Assembly: GCF_000940845.1 (NCBI RefSeq)
Contig: NZ_CP010341.1
Span: forward strand, 510,001-542,000
Direction: 5' to 3'
DNA length: 32,000 nucleotides
From: Propionibacterium freudenreichii subsp. freudenreichii
GTDB lineage: Bacteria; Actinomycetota; Actinomycetes; Propionibacteriales; Propionibacteriaceae
Positions 17,895 to 26,658 of this stretch are shown piece after piece (the first letter of the stretch is position 1; each line of letters begins with the position of its first letter). A program made the position numbers and the translations under genes. The notes beneath the pieces were generated by a model that worked only from the letters and a program-made list of their open reading frames with translations, was not told where the DNA came from and made no database searches.

Positions 17895-19238
17895 ATGACT
17901 CTCCATCTGATCCTGGCCGCACTGGCCGGCATCGCCACGATCGTGGTGCTGATCGTCTGGCTCAAGGTGCATCCCTTCCTGGCGTTGATGGGCGGCTCGG
18001 CGGTGATGGCCGTGTCCGCCGGCGTGTCGTACACCGACATGTTCGCCAGCTTCACCAAGGGCGTCGGATCCACTTTCGCCGACGTGGGCCTGTTGATCGT
18101 GATGGGTTCGATCATCGGCACCCTGCTGATCTCCTCGGGCGGCGCCGACGTGATCGTCGACACCATCCTCGACAAGACCCCGGTGAAGCGATTGCCCTGG
18201 GCCATGGCGTTGATCGCCTTCGTGGTGGGCATCCCGCTGTTCTTCGAGGTCGGCGTGGTCATCCTGATCCCCGTGGTGATGTACGCCGCCCACCGTGCCA
18301 AGCTGCCGGTAATCCTGCTGGGCATCCCCGCGCTGGCCGGCCTGTCGGTGCTGCACGGCTTGGTGCCGCCGCACCCCGGCCCGCTGATCGCGATCAGCGC
18401 GCTCAACGCCAATATCGGCATGACGATGGGCCTCGGCCTGCTGATCGCCATTCCCGTGTTGATCATCTCGGGTCCGCTGCTCGGCAGGTTGATGGCCAAG
18501 TGGGTGCCGATCACCGCCGGTGATGACTATGTGCAGAAGGAAGCCGACGCGGTACACACCGACGATCGCAAGCCGAGCTTCGGCATCTCAATCATGGCCG
18601 TGCTGCTGCCGGTGGTGCTGATGCTGGCCCGCACAGTGGCGGAGCTGGCCCACATCGACAAGACCACGGCGGGACGCTTCCTCGTCTTCCTGGGCACCCC
18701 ACTGATTGCCCTGTTGATCACGGCGATCTTCGCGATGTTCGTCTTCGGCTACCTGCTGGGACGCACCCGCGACATGATGAACAAGCTCGTCGGGTCGGCA
18801 TTCGGCCCTGTGGCCGGCATTCTGCTGATCGTGGGCGCCGGTGGCGGATTCAAGCAGACGTTGGTCGACTCCGGCATCGCCAAGATGATCGGCCAGGGCC
18901 TTGCCGATGCCAACCTGCACCCCCTGTTCGCGGCCTGGTTGATGGCCGTGCTGATTCGCCTGGCCACGGGCTCGGCGACCGTTGCCACGATCACCGCCGC
19001 GGGCATCATGGCGCCGATGGTTGGTTCCCTGCCGCCAGTGGAGGGCTCTTTGATGGTGCTCGCGATCGGTGCCGGCTCAGTGTTCCTCAGCCACGTCAAT
19101 GATGCGGGCTTCTGGATGGTCAAGGAATACTTCGGCATGACGGTGGGGCAGACCTTCAAGACCTGGTCGTTGATGGAGACGGTGATTTCGGTGACTGGCC
19201 TCGCCTGCGTGATGGGGGTGAGCCTGGTCGTCCTGTGA
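17895..19238 (+). CDS. gntP: Gluconate:H+ symporter (GntP family)
   Basis: 447 aa and polytopic, with GntP-family blocks (GSIIGTLLISSGGADVI, FVVGIPLFFEVGVVILIPVV, GSATVATITAAGI, NDAGFWMVKEYFGM). AGGAGA SD lies 7 nt upstream. Confidence 0.9.
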   Translation: MTLHLILAALAGIATIVVLIVWLKVHPFLALMGGSAVMAVSAGVSYTDMFASFTKGVGSTFADVGLLIVMGSIIGTLLISSGGADVIVDTILDKTPVKRLPWAMALIAFVVGIPLFFEVGVVILIPVVMYAAHRAKLPVILLGIPALAGLSVLHGLVPPHPGPLIAISALNANIGMTMGLGLLIAIPVLIISGPLLGRLMAKWVPITAGDDYVQKEADAVHTDDRKPSFGISIMAVLLPVVLMLARTVAELAHIDKTTAGRFLVFLGTPLIALLITAIFAMFVFGYLLGRTRDMMNKLVGSAFGPVAGILLIVGAGGGFKQTLVDSGIAKMIGQGLADANLHPLFAAWLMAVLIRLATGSATVATITAAGIMAPMVGSLPPVEGSLMVLAIGAGSVFLSHVNDAGFWMVKEYFGMTVGQTFKTWSLMETVISVTGLACVMGVSLVVL

Positions 19239-19242
19239 TGTG

Positions 19243-19267
19243 GCGCGCCGGGAACTACCCGGCGCGC
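19243..19267 (+). terminator. Perfect 10-bp GC hairpin 4 nt after the gntP stop
   Basis: GCGCGCCGGG (19243-19252), loop aacta, CCCGGCGCGC (19258-19267), followed by tt. Confidence 0.5.
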
Positions 19268-19364
19268 TTGCACCACCTACCTGCGTCAGGCGCCACGCCG
19301 ACGCGCCCCCGAGGGAACCTGCGCCGGCGCCACGCCTGACGTGCCCCCACTGATTGGAGTAGAA

Positions 19365-20255
19365 GTGCAACTTGGACTTATTGGGCTCGGACGGATGGGC
19401 CGCAACATGGCCGAGCGGATCAGCCGCGCGGGTCACGATGTGATCGGCTACGACCGCGATCCGCAGGTGTCTCAGGTGGCGGACCTCCCGGCGCTCGTCG
19501 ACGCGCTTGAGCTGCCGCGGGTGGTCTGGGTGATGGTGCCGGCGGGCGCGGCCACCCGCGCGGTCATCGCGGAACTGGCCGGGCTGCTGGCGCCCGGCGA
19601 CATGGTGATCGACGGTGGCAATTCGCACTACACCGATGACAGGCCGAACGCCGAAACCCTCGGCGACAAGGGCATCCGCTACCTCGACTGTGGCGTCTCG
19701 GGCGGGGTCTGGGGGCTGGACAACGGCTATGGCCTGATGGTGGGCGGCGATGACGCCGACGTGGCCCGTGCCATGCCGATTTTCGATGCGCTGCGTCCCG
19801 AGGGGCCCCGCGATGAGGGCTTCGTGCATGCGGGGCGCATCGGCGCCGGCCACTACGCGAAGATGGCCCACAATGGCATCGAGTACGGGCTGATGCACGC
19901 CTATGCCGAGGGCTGGGAGCTGCTGGAGGCGGCCGACGACCTGGTGACCGATGTGCCGGGCTGCTTCAAGGCCTGGACCCGCGGCACCGTGGTGCGCTCC
20001 TGGCTGCTTGACCTGCTGGTCAAGGCGCTGGAGGAGAACCCGGGGCTCGAGGGCGTCAGCGATTACACCACCGACTCGGGTGAGGGTCGCTGGACGCTGG
20101 ATGAGGCGGTGGCCCGGGCCGTGCCGATGCCGGTGTTGGCCGCCTCGCTGTTCGCGCGGTTCTCGTCGCGGCAGGAAACGAGCCCGAGCATGCAGATGGT
20201 GGCCGCGCTGCGTGGCCAGTTCGGGGGACACGAGGTGCACCGCAAGGGCGAGTGA
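19365..20255 (+). CDS. gnd: 6-phosphogluconate dehydrogenase (decarboxylating), short Gnd-like form
   Basis: (M)QLGLIGLGRMGRNMAERI is the Rossmann motif; other blocks are ...IDGGNSHYTDD...GVSGGVWG...GAGHYAKMAHNGIEYGLM. GTG 19365 is preferred (GGAG lies 5 nt upstream). The track ORF starts at 19341. Confidence 0.85.
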   Translation: MQLGLIGLGRMGRNMAERISRAGHDVIGYDRDPQVSQVADLPALVDALELPRVVWVMVPAGAATRAVIAELAGLLAPGDMVIDGGNSHYTDDRPNAETLGDKGIRYLDCGVSGGVWGLDNGYGLMVGGDDADVARAMPIFDALRPEGPRDEGFVHAGRIGAGHYAKMAHNGIEYGLMHAYAEGWELLEAADDLVTDVPGCFKAWTRGTVVRSWLLDLLVKALEENPGLEGVSDYTTDSGEGRWTLDEAVARAVPMPVLAASLFARFSSRQETSPSMQMVAALRGQFGGHEVHRKGE

Positions 20256-20283
20256 ACTGCAGCCGGTGCATCCGAGGGGGAGT

Positions 20284-20312
20284 CTGTGGCCGGGGTTCGT
20301 CCCCGGCCACAG
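20284..20312 (+). terminator. Perfect 12-bp hairpin after gnd
   Basis: CTGTGGCCGGGG (20284-20295), loop ttcgt, CCCCGGCCACAG (20301-20312). Confidence 0.55.
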
Positions 20313-20342
20313 CCATGCCGGGGGACCACAGCCATGCCGGGG
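20307..20342. repeat. Tandem direct repeat (19-bp period, x2) overlapping the 3' arm of the gnd terminator hairpin
   Basis: CCACAGCCATGCCGGGG occurs at 20307-20323 and again at 20326-20342 (17/17 identical). Confidence 0.85.
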
Positions 20343-20441
20343 AAGGTGTCGCAGGCTGGCGTGGACCTGCGCAGTGTGAGAAATGTCGACAGTTGAGGCA
20401 ATTTTTCGGTCCGGGAGGGAATAGTCCACCCCCTGATGTCG

Positions 20442-20462
20442 GTTGAGCCAAGTGGACTCAAG
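20442..20462. promoter_or_regulatory. HAIR operator 1 (HspR-associated inverted repeat)
   Basis: gTTGAGC-caagtgg-ACTCAAG compared with the consensus CTTGAGT-N7-ACTCAAG. Confidence 0.85.
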
Positions 20463-20468
20463 AACTAA

Positions 20469-20471
<3 letters not shown>
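20443..20471 (+). promoter_or_regulatory. Candidate dnaK promoter embedded in the HAIR pair
   Basis: -35 TTGAGC (20443-20448), a 17-nt spacer, then -10 TAACTT (20466-20471). Both hexamers overlap the HAIR arms. Confidence 0.5.
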
Positions 20472-22537
<2,066 letters not shown>

Positions 22538-22585
22538 GTTGCCATGGTGGGGTCCGCGCCTGAGGGCACGTGGCTCTGCCATCCG

Positions 22586-22619
22586 CCCGTGTGCCGCCCC
22601 GACCAGGGCGGCACACGGG
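22586..22619 (+). terminator. Perfect 14-bp hairpin in the dnaK-grpE intercistronic gap (candidate partial terminator or mRNA stabiliser)
   Basis: CCCGTGTGCCGCCC (22586-22599), loop cgacca, GGGCGGCACACGGG (22606-22619). It starts 49 nt after the dnaK stop. Confidence 0.55.
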
Positions 22620-22701
22620 CATCCGTCCCACTACCTTGACGGGGTGGGACACCACGCTAGCGATTCCGCGATTCGGGTCGCGGACAGGAGTATTCACAGA
22701 T

Positions 22702-23352
22702 ATGACGGACAAGCCAGCCGAGGGCAACGGCGACGAGCAGCCCGAGGGCGACTTCTCGAACCTCACCCCGGAAGAGTTTCTCGCCAAGACGGCCGATGGC
22801 ACCGCCAAGGAAGCAGCTGCCGGCGCCCGCGCCAATGCCGCCCACGATGCCTTGGGTCAGGCGAAAGCCCTGGCCGCTGAGCGCACCGAGGACCTGCAGC
22901 GCCTGCAGGCCGAATATGTGAACTACAAGAAGCGGGTCGATCGTGACCGTGACGTGGCGCGTGCGAAGGGCGTCGAGTCGGTGGTGCGCGACCTGATCCC
23001 CGTGCTGGACGCGATTCACCAGGCCGAGGCTCATGGTGAGCTGACCGGCGGCTTCAAGCTGGTGGCCGATGAGCTGGAGAGCTTGGCCGCCAAGCATGGC
23101 CTGGTGATCTTCGGGCAGGCCGGCGAAGAGTTCGATCCGCGCTTCCATGAGGCCATGTACCAAGTGCCCACCCCGGGCACCGGCGAGATGCGCATCCACG
23201 AGGTCATGCAGAAAGGCGTGCGGGTGGGCGACAGCCTGATCCGTCCGGCACGCGTCGCGGTGTCGGTTCCCAATGGTGAGCCCGCCGCTGACGGTGCCGC
23301 CGGTGACCAGGACGATAATGCATCCGGTGACGACAAGGCGCCCGACGCATAG
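22702..23352 (+). CDS. grpE: Nucleotide exchange factor GrpE
   Basis: LQRLQAEYVNYKKRVDRD...LIPVLDAIHQA...FDPRFHEAMYQVP...GVRVGDSLIRPARVAV. ATG 22702 has AGGAG upstream. The track ORF starts at 22570. Confidence 0.9.
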   Translation: MTDKPAEGNGDEQPEGDFSNLTPEEFLAKTADGTAKEAAAGARANAAHDALGQAKALAAERTEDLQRLQAEYVNYKKRVDRDRDVARAKGVESVVRDLIPVLDAIHQAEAHGELTGGFKLVADELESLAAKHGLVIFGQAGEEFDPRFHEAMYQVPTPGTGEMRIHEVMQKGVRVGDSLIRPARVAVSVPNGEPAADGAAGDQDDNASGDDKAPDA

Positions 23353-23413
23353 GCGCCGGCGGCACCTGTCGCACCACAATTCAATAAGACCACAACACTG
23401 AAAGGGGGCGCCG

Positions 23414-24586
23414 ATGAGCACCAAGGATTATCTGGAGAAGGACTATTACAAGGTGTTGGGCGTGCCCAAGAACGCCAAGCCCGAGCAGATCAAGAAGGCC
23501 TTCCGCAAGATTGCGCGCGAGAACCATCCTGATCAGCATCCCGGTGACAAGAAGGCCGAGGAGCGTTTCAAGCAGGCGTCCGAGGCCAATGATGTTCTGA
23601 GTGATCCAGCGAAGCGCAAGGAATACGACGAGACGCGCTCTCTGGGCGGGCCGGGTGGTCCCGGTGGCTTCCGGTTCAATCGCAGCGCCCAGGGCGGCGG
23701 GCCGGGTGTCAACGTCAATGACCTGTTCCGCAACATGGGCGGTGCCGGCTCGATGGGCGCAGGAGGCCTGGGTGACATCCTGGGTGGTCTGTTCGGTCAG
23801 GGCGGCACCGGCACCAGCACGCGCGTCAACGCGACGCCGCGGCGCGGGGCGGATGTGGAAGGTCAGGCCTCGATCAGCTTCAGGGACGCCGTGGAAGGCA
23901 CCACCGTGAAGCTGCGCATGCTCAGTGACGACCCCTGTCCCGTGTGCCATGGCACCGGCGCGGAGCCGGGCACTATGCCACGGGTCTGCCCGACCTGTGA
24001 GGGATCGGGGGTGCAGGTGTCGATGAACGGCACCACCGTGCCCTGCCCGACCTGCCATGGGCGTGGCCTGATCGTTGATCACCCGTGCCATGCCTGCCAC
24101 GGCTCGGGGCGTGCCGAGGGTACGCACACCATGCAGATCCGCATTCCCGCCGGCGTCACCGACGGGCAACGCATCAGGGTGCGTGGCAAGGGCGCGAGCG
24201 GCGAGAACGGGGGGCCCCGCGGCGACCTGTACGTGAAGGTGCAAGTGGCTCCCGACAGGGTGTTCGGCCGTTCCGGCGACAATCTCACCGTCAAGGTGCC
24301 GGTCACCTTCCCGGAGGCCGCGCTGGGCACGGAGATCTCGGTGCCGACACTGACATCCGGTTCGGTGCGGCTGCGCATCCCGGCGGGCACCCCCTCGGGG
24401 CGCACCTTCCGCGTGCGCGGCAAGGGCGTGTCCAAGGCCAAGGGCGGTCATGGTGACCTGCTGGTTACCATCGAGGTGTCCGTTCCGTCCCACCTGAACA
24501 AGAAGGCCACCGAGGCTCTTAAGGCCTATGCCGGCGTGGTCAATGAGCCGAATCCTCGTGATGCGGCGACCAGCGATGAGTCCTGA
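23414..24586 (+). CDS. dnaJ: Co-chaperone DnaJ
   Basis: It has a J domain with HPD ([11 protein letters not shown]...[10 protein letters not shown]), a G/F-rich region and a CxxCxGxG zinc-finger repeat region ([32 protein letters not shown]). Confidence 0.95.
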   Translation: MSTKDYLEKDYYKVLGVPKNAKPEQIKKAFRKIARENHPDQHPGDKKAEERFKQASEANDVLSDPAKRKEYDETRSLGGPGGPGGFRFNRSAQGGGPGVNVNDLFRNMGGAGSMGAGGLGDILGGLFGQGGTGTSTRVNATPRRGADVEGQASISFRDAVEGTTVKLRMLSDDPCPVCHGTGAEPGTMPRVCPTCEGSGVQVSMNGTTVPCPTCHGRGLIVDHPCHACHGSGRAEGTHTMQIRIPAGVTDGQRIRVRGKGASGENGGPRGDLYVKVQVAPDRVFGRSGDNLTVKVPVTFPEAALGTEISVPTLTSGSVRLRIPAGTPSGRTFRVRGKGVSKAKGGHGDLLVTIEVSVPSHLNKKATEALKAYAGVVNEPNPRDAATSDES

Positions 24587-24588
24587 TG

Positions 24589-24628
24589 TGGACGCGTCGT
24601 GACGTATGGACGCGCCCTGACGTATGGG
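24589..24628. repeat. Tandem 18-bp repeat (2 copies plus a partial third) starting 2 nt after the dnaJ stop
   Basis: TGGACGCGTCGTGACGTA (24589-24606), TGGACGCGCCCTGACGTA (24607-24624), TGGG (24625-24628). The two full units are 16/18 identical. Confidence 0.85.
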
Positions 24629-24678
24629 TGTGGGCCGTTGGCCCGGCGCCCCATGAGGCCTAGCGCAGGAGGTGCGCA

Positions 24679-25113
24679 ATGAGTGAGCCCTGGTTGCCCC
24701 AGGTGATCGATCCCGACGCCGCCATCTTCACGGTGTCGGTGGCCGCCAACCTGACGGGCATGCATCCGCAGACGCTACGTGGCTACGACCGGATGGGTCT
24801 GGTCGTGCCGAAGCGTGCCAAGGGACGTGGGCGACGCTATTCGCCGCGCGATGTCACGCGCTTGCGCCTCATCCAGCGCCTGTCGCAGGAAGAGGGCATC
24901 AACCTGAATGGCATTCGACGCATCGTCGGCCTGGAGAAGGAATTGGACGATATGCGCCAGCGGGTCAGCGAAATCACCGACCTCATGCGCCAGATGACCG
25001 ATATGCAACAACAGGTGCAGCGCATCTTCACCGCCGGTCCCACCGGGGTGCAGCCCGGACGCCACCGCCGCGAATACCTGCGGGCACTCGAGAGCGGTCC
25101 CACCGACCTCTGA
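24679..25113 (+). CDS. hspR: Heat-shock repressor HspR (MerR family)
   Basis: The MerR-type HTH is FTVSVAANLTGMHPQTLRGYDRMGLVVPKR...RRYSPRDVTRLRLIQRL. It is the last gene of the dnaK operon. AGGAGG SD precedes the start. Confidence 0.9.
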   Translation: MSEPWLPQVIDPDAAIFTVSVAANLTGMHPQTLRGYDRMGLVVPKRAKGRGRRYSPRDVTRLRLIQRLSQEEGINLNGIRRIVGLEKELDDMRQRVSEITDLMRQMTDMQQQVQRIFTAGPTGVQPGRHRREYLRALESGPTDL

Positions 25114-25202
25114 TTGGCCGTCAATCCGTCATCGGCCACCGGCCCGCAATTGGCCACCGGCCTTGAATTGGCAACCAGTCCTGAATTGGCAAGGCGCCGC
25201 AC
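25113..25202. repeat. Five degenerate tandem copies of an 18-bp unit beginning at the last base of the hspR stop codon
   Basis: Units start at exactly 25113, 25131, 25149, 25167 and 25185. They read ATTGGCCGTCAATCCGTC, ATCGGCCACCGGCCCGCA, ATTGGCCACCGGCCTTGA, ATTGGCAACCAGTCCTGA and ATTGGCAAGGCGCCGCAC. Confidence 0.8.
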
Positions 25203-25238
25203 AATGATGCGTCCCCGCACTGGACGCCGCGATGAAGG

Positions 25239-25267
25239 GCCCCGACCGGGCATGTCCTGGTCGGGGC
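25239..25267. terminator. Hairpin between the convergent hspR and BadF-type genes (candidate bidirectional terminator)
   Basis: GCCCCGACC (25239-25247) pairs with GGTCGGGGC (25259-25267), a 9-bp stem with an 11-nt loop. Confidence 0.5.
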
Positions 25268-25271
25268 TCGT

Positions 25272-26228
25272 TCAGTCCTGGGGGCGCTCGCTGGAGGTCG
25301 CCCGGTTGATGCGTTGGCGCAGTGCAGAGTCGGGGGCCACCAGCGTCATCCGGTAGCAGCCATCCAGGCCATTGCCCCGGCCCTCGACGAACCTGAGCTT
25401 GGGTAGCTGGTCGCGCAGCACCTGCTCGAAGCGATCGCGCAGCACCGTGTTGCGGAAGGCATTGCCCACCGCGCCCACCATCGGGTCCTCGCGCTCGGCC
25501 TGGCCCACGCGGCGCAACCCGGCGAACACGGCATGCGCCAGCAGATCCGCGGCTTCCTCGCTGATGCGCCGGCAGACCATGTCGGTGCCCGCCAGCTCGG
25601 CCACCGTCTGTGCATAGCCGGCGATGCGACTCACCTTCAGCTCGTCGGCCTGCAACTCGAGGTAGGCCTCCTCGAGGTCGTCGAAGTCGCGTCGCACCAC
25701 GGCGGTCAGCGCCGTGGGTGCCCCGCGTCCGTCATGGGCCTGCATGGCCCGGTCGAGGGCCGCGCGACCGATCCAAAAGCCGGATCCGGCGTCGCCGATC
25801 AGATAGCCCCAGCCATCGACGCGTGCGGTGCGGGTGGCGCCCACGGCCAGGGTCACCGAACCGGTGCCGGCTGCCACCACCGCCCCCAGCTCGTCACCGA
25901 TCGCGCCCAGGTAGCTGGTGGTCGAATCGTGTGCCAGCAGCACCTCGCGAATGCCGGTGCCGGCCAGCATGTCCAGCAATTCGCTGGCGTCGGCGTTGTC
26001 CACCAGGCCCGAGACGCCGATGGCCGCAACGTCAACGGTGCTGTCAGCGGCATGCAGGCCCGACCTCACCGCGGTGGCCAGCTGCGGCAGCAGGGGACGG
26101 TCGGTCAGCACGCCGGCATGCTCCGACTCGCCGATCACCGTCCCGTTCCTGCGGAATTGGGTGCGCGTGATGGTCTGTCCAGCGTCAAGGCACAGCACCG
26201 TGCCTTCAGAATCCCCCGGGTCCACCAT
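25272..26228 (-). CDS. BadF/BadG/BcrA/BcrD-type ATPase (N-acetylglucosamine-kinase-like)
   Basis: 318 aa with ASKHA-fold motifs: LCLDAGQT, ...IGVSG... and GWGYLIGDAGSGFWIGRAAL. Confidence 0.75.
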   Translation of the reverse strand: MVDPGDSEGTVLCLDAGQTITRTQFRRNGTVIGESEHAGVLTDRPLLPQLATAVRSGLHAADSTVDVAAIGVSGLVDNADASELLDMLAGTGIREVLLAHDSTTSYLGAIGDELGAVVAAGTGSVTLAVGATRTARVDGWGYLIGDAGSGFWIGRAALDRAMQAHDGRGAPTALTAVVRRDFDDLEEAYLELQADELKVSRIAGYAQTVAELAGTDMVCRRISEEAADLLAHAVFAGLRRVGQAEREDPMVGAVGNAFRNTVLRDRFEQVLRDQLPKLRFVEGRGNGLDGCYRMTLVAPDSALRQRINRATSSERPQD

Positions 26229-26350
26229 GAACTCAGCATAGTGACGGCCGACTCGTGCGGTGACCAGCCATGCGCGGGCCTCCCGTGCCCCGTCCTGCTG
26301 CTGTCCCGGCCCCGGGGCGCCGGGTTCGTCCCCGGTTCCCGCCGGATTCC

Positions 26351-26398
26351 TCGTTAGGTGGGCACCTGTGCGGCGTCATTCCCGCACAACTGCCCATC
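26351..26398. repeat. Palindromic element, copy 1 (imperfect stem)
   Basis: tcgttagGTGGGCACCTGTGCGGcgtcattcCCGCACAACTGCCCATc. It has the same loop and arms as copy 2, with two stem mismatches and one G-U pair. Confidence 0.85.
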
Positions 26399-26482
26399 TA
26401 GTGGATGAGCGGGTTCTGGGCCTGCGGGCCGGACTCGGGGGTGACGGCGCGGGCGCCGTGCCCCTGGATACCGCCGAAACGT

Positions 26483-26530
26483 CGTTGAGTGGGCACTTGT
26501 GCGGCGTCATTCCCGCACAAGTGCCCACTT
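26483..26530. repeat. Palindromic element, copy 2 (perfect 16-bp stem)
   Basis: tcgttgaGTGGGCACTTGTGCGG (stem 26489-26504), loop cgtcattc, CCGCACAAGTGCCCAC (26513-26528). Confidence 0.9.
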
Positions 26531-26658
26531 ACACACAACTAACCGCCCAGTCGGAAAGGCCCGATTCCATGGGGCTGCGGGCACGCCCGGATCGCGCCCG
26601 GGACGCCCCCGGCGGGCGTGCGAGCCGGCTTGTGCGCACAGCAGGTAGATTTGTCCCC

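Noticed and set aside
24837-25253. 138-aa reverse-strand ORF with hexapeptide repeats (GLVANS / RPVANC / GPVADD / GLTANQ)
   Set aside because: The repeats simply reflect the 18-bp DNA repeat. Most of the ORF is antisense to hspR, and there is no SD or plausible start context.
25114-25356. 80-codon ORF in frame with hspR directly after its TGA (possible read-through or selenocysteine-type extension)
   Set aside because: Third-position GC is well below that of real genes here. The distal half is antisense to the convergent BadF-type gene. I see no SECIS-like hairpin directly after the TGA, and HspR is already full length at 144 aa. The repeat itself is kept as a finding.
26351-26530. CRISPR-like reading of the two palindromic repeats
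   Set aside because: There are only two copies, the repeat is 48 bp with a 16-bp stem, the spacing is 84 bp, and there are no cas genes or leader. This is not a CRISPR array.
26260-26658. 133-codon N-terminal extension of the purL track ORF
   Set aside because: It runs through the two palindromic repeats and has no similarity to PurL. The conserved PurL N-terminus (VDTVENA...) begins at GTG 26659 and gives the expected ~754 aa.
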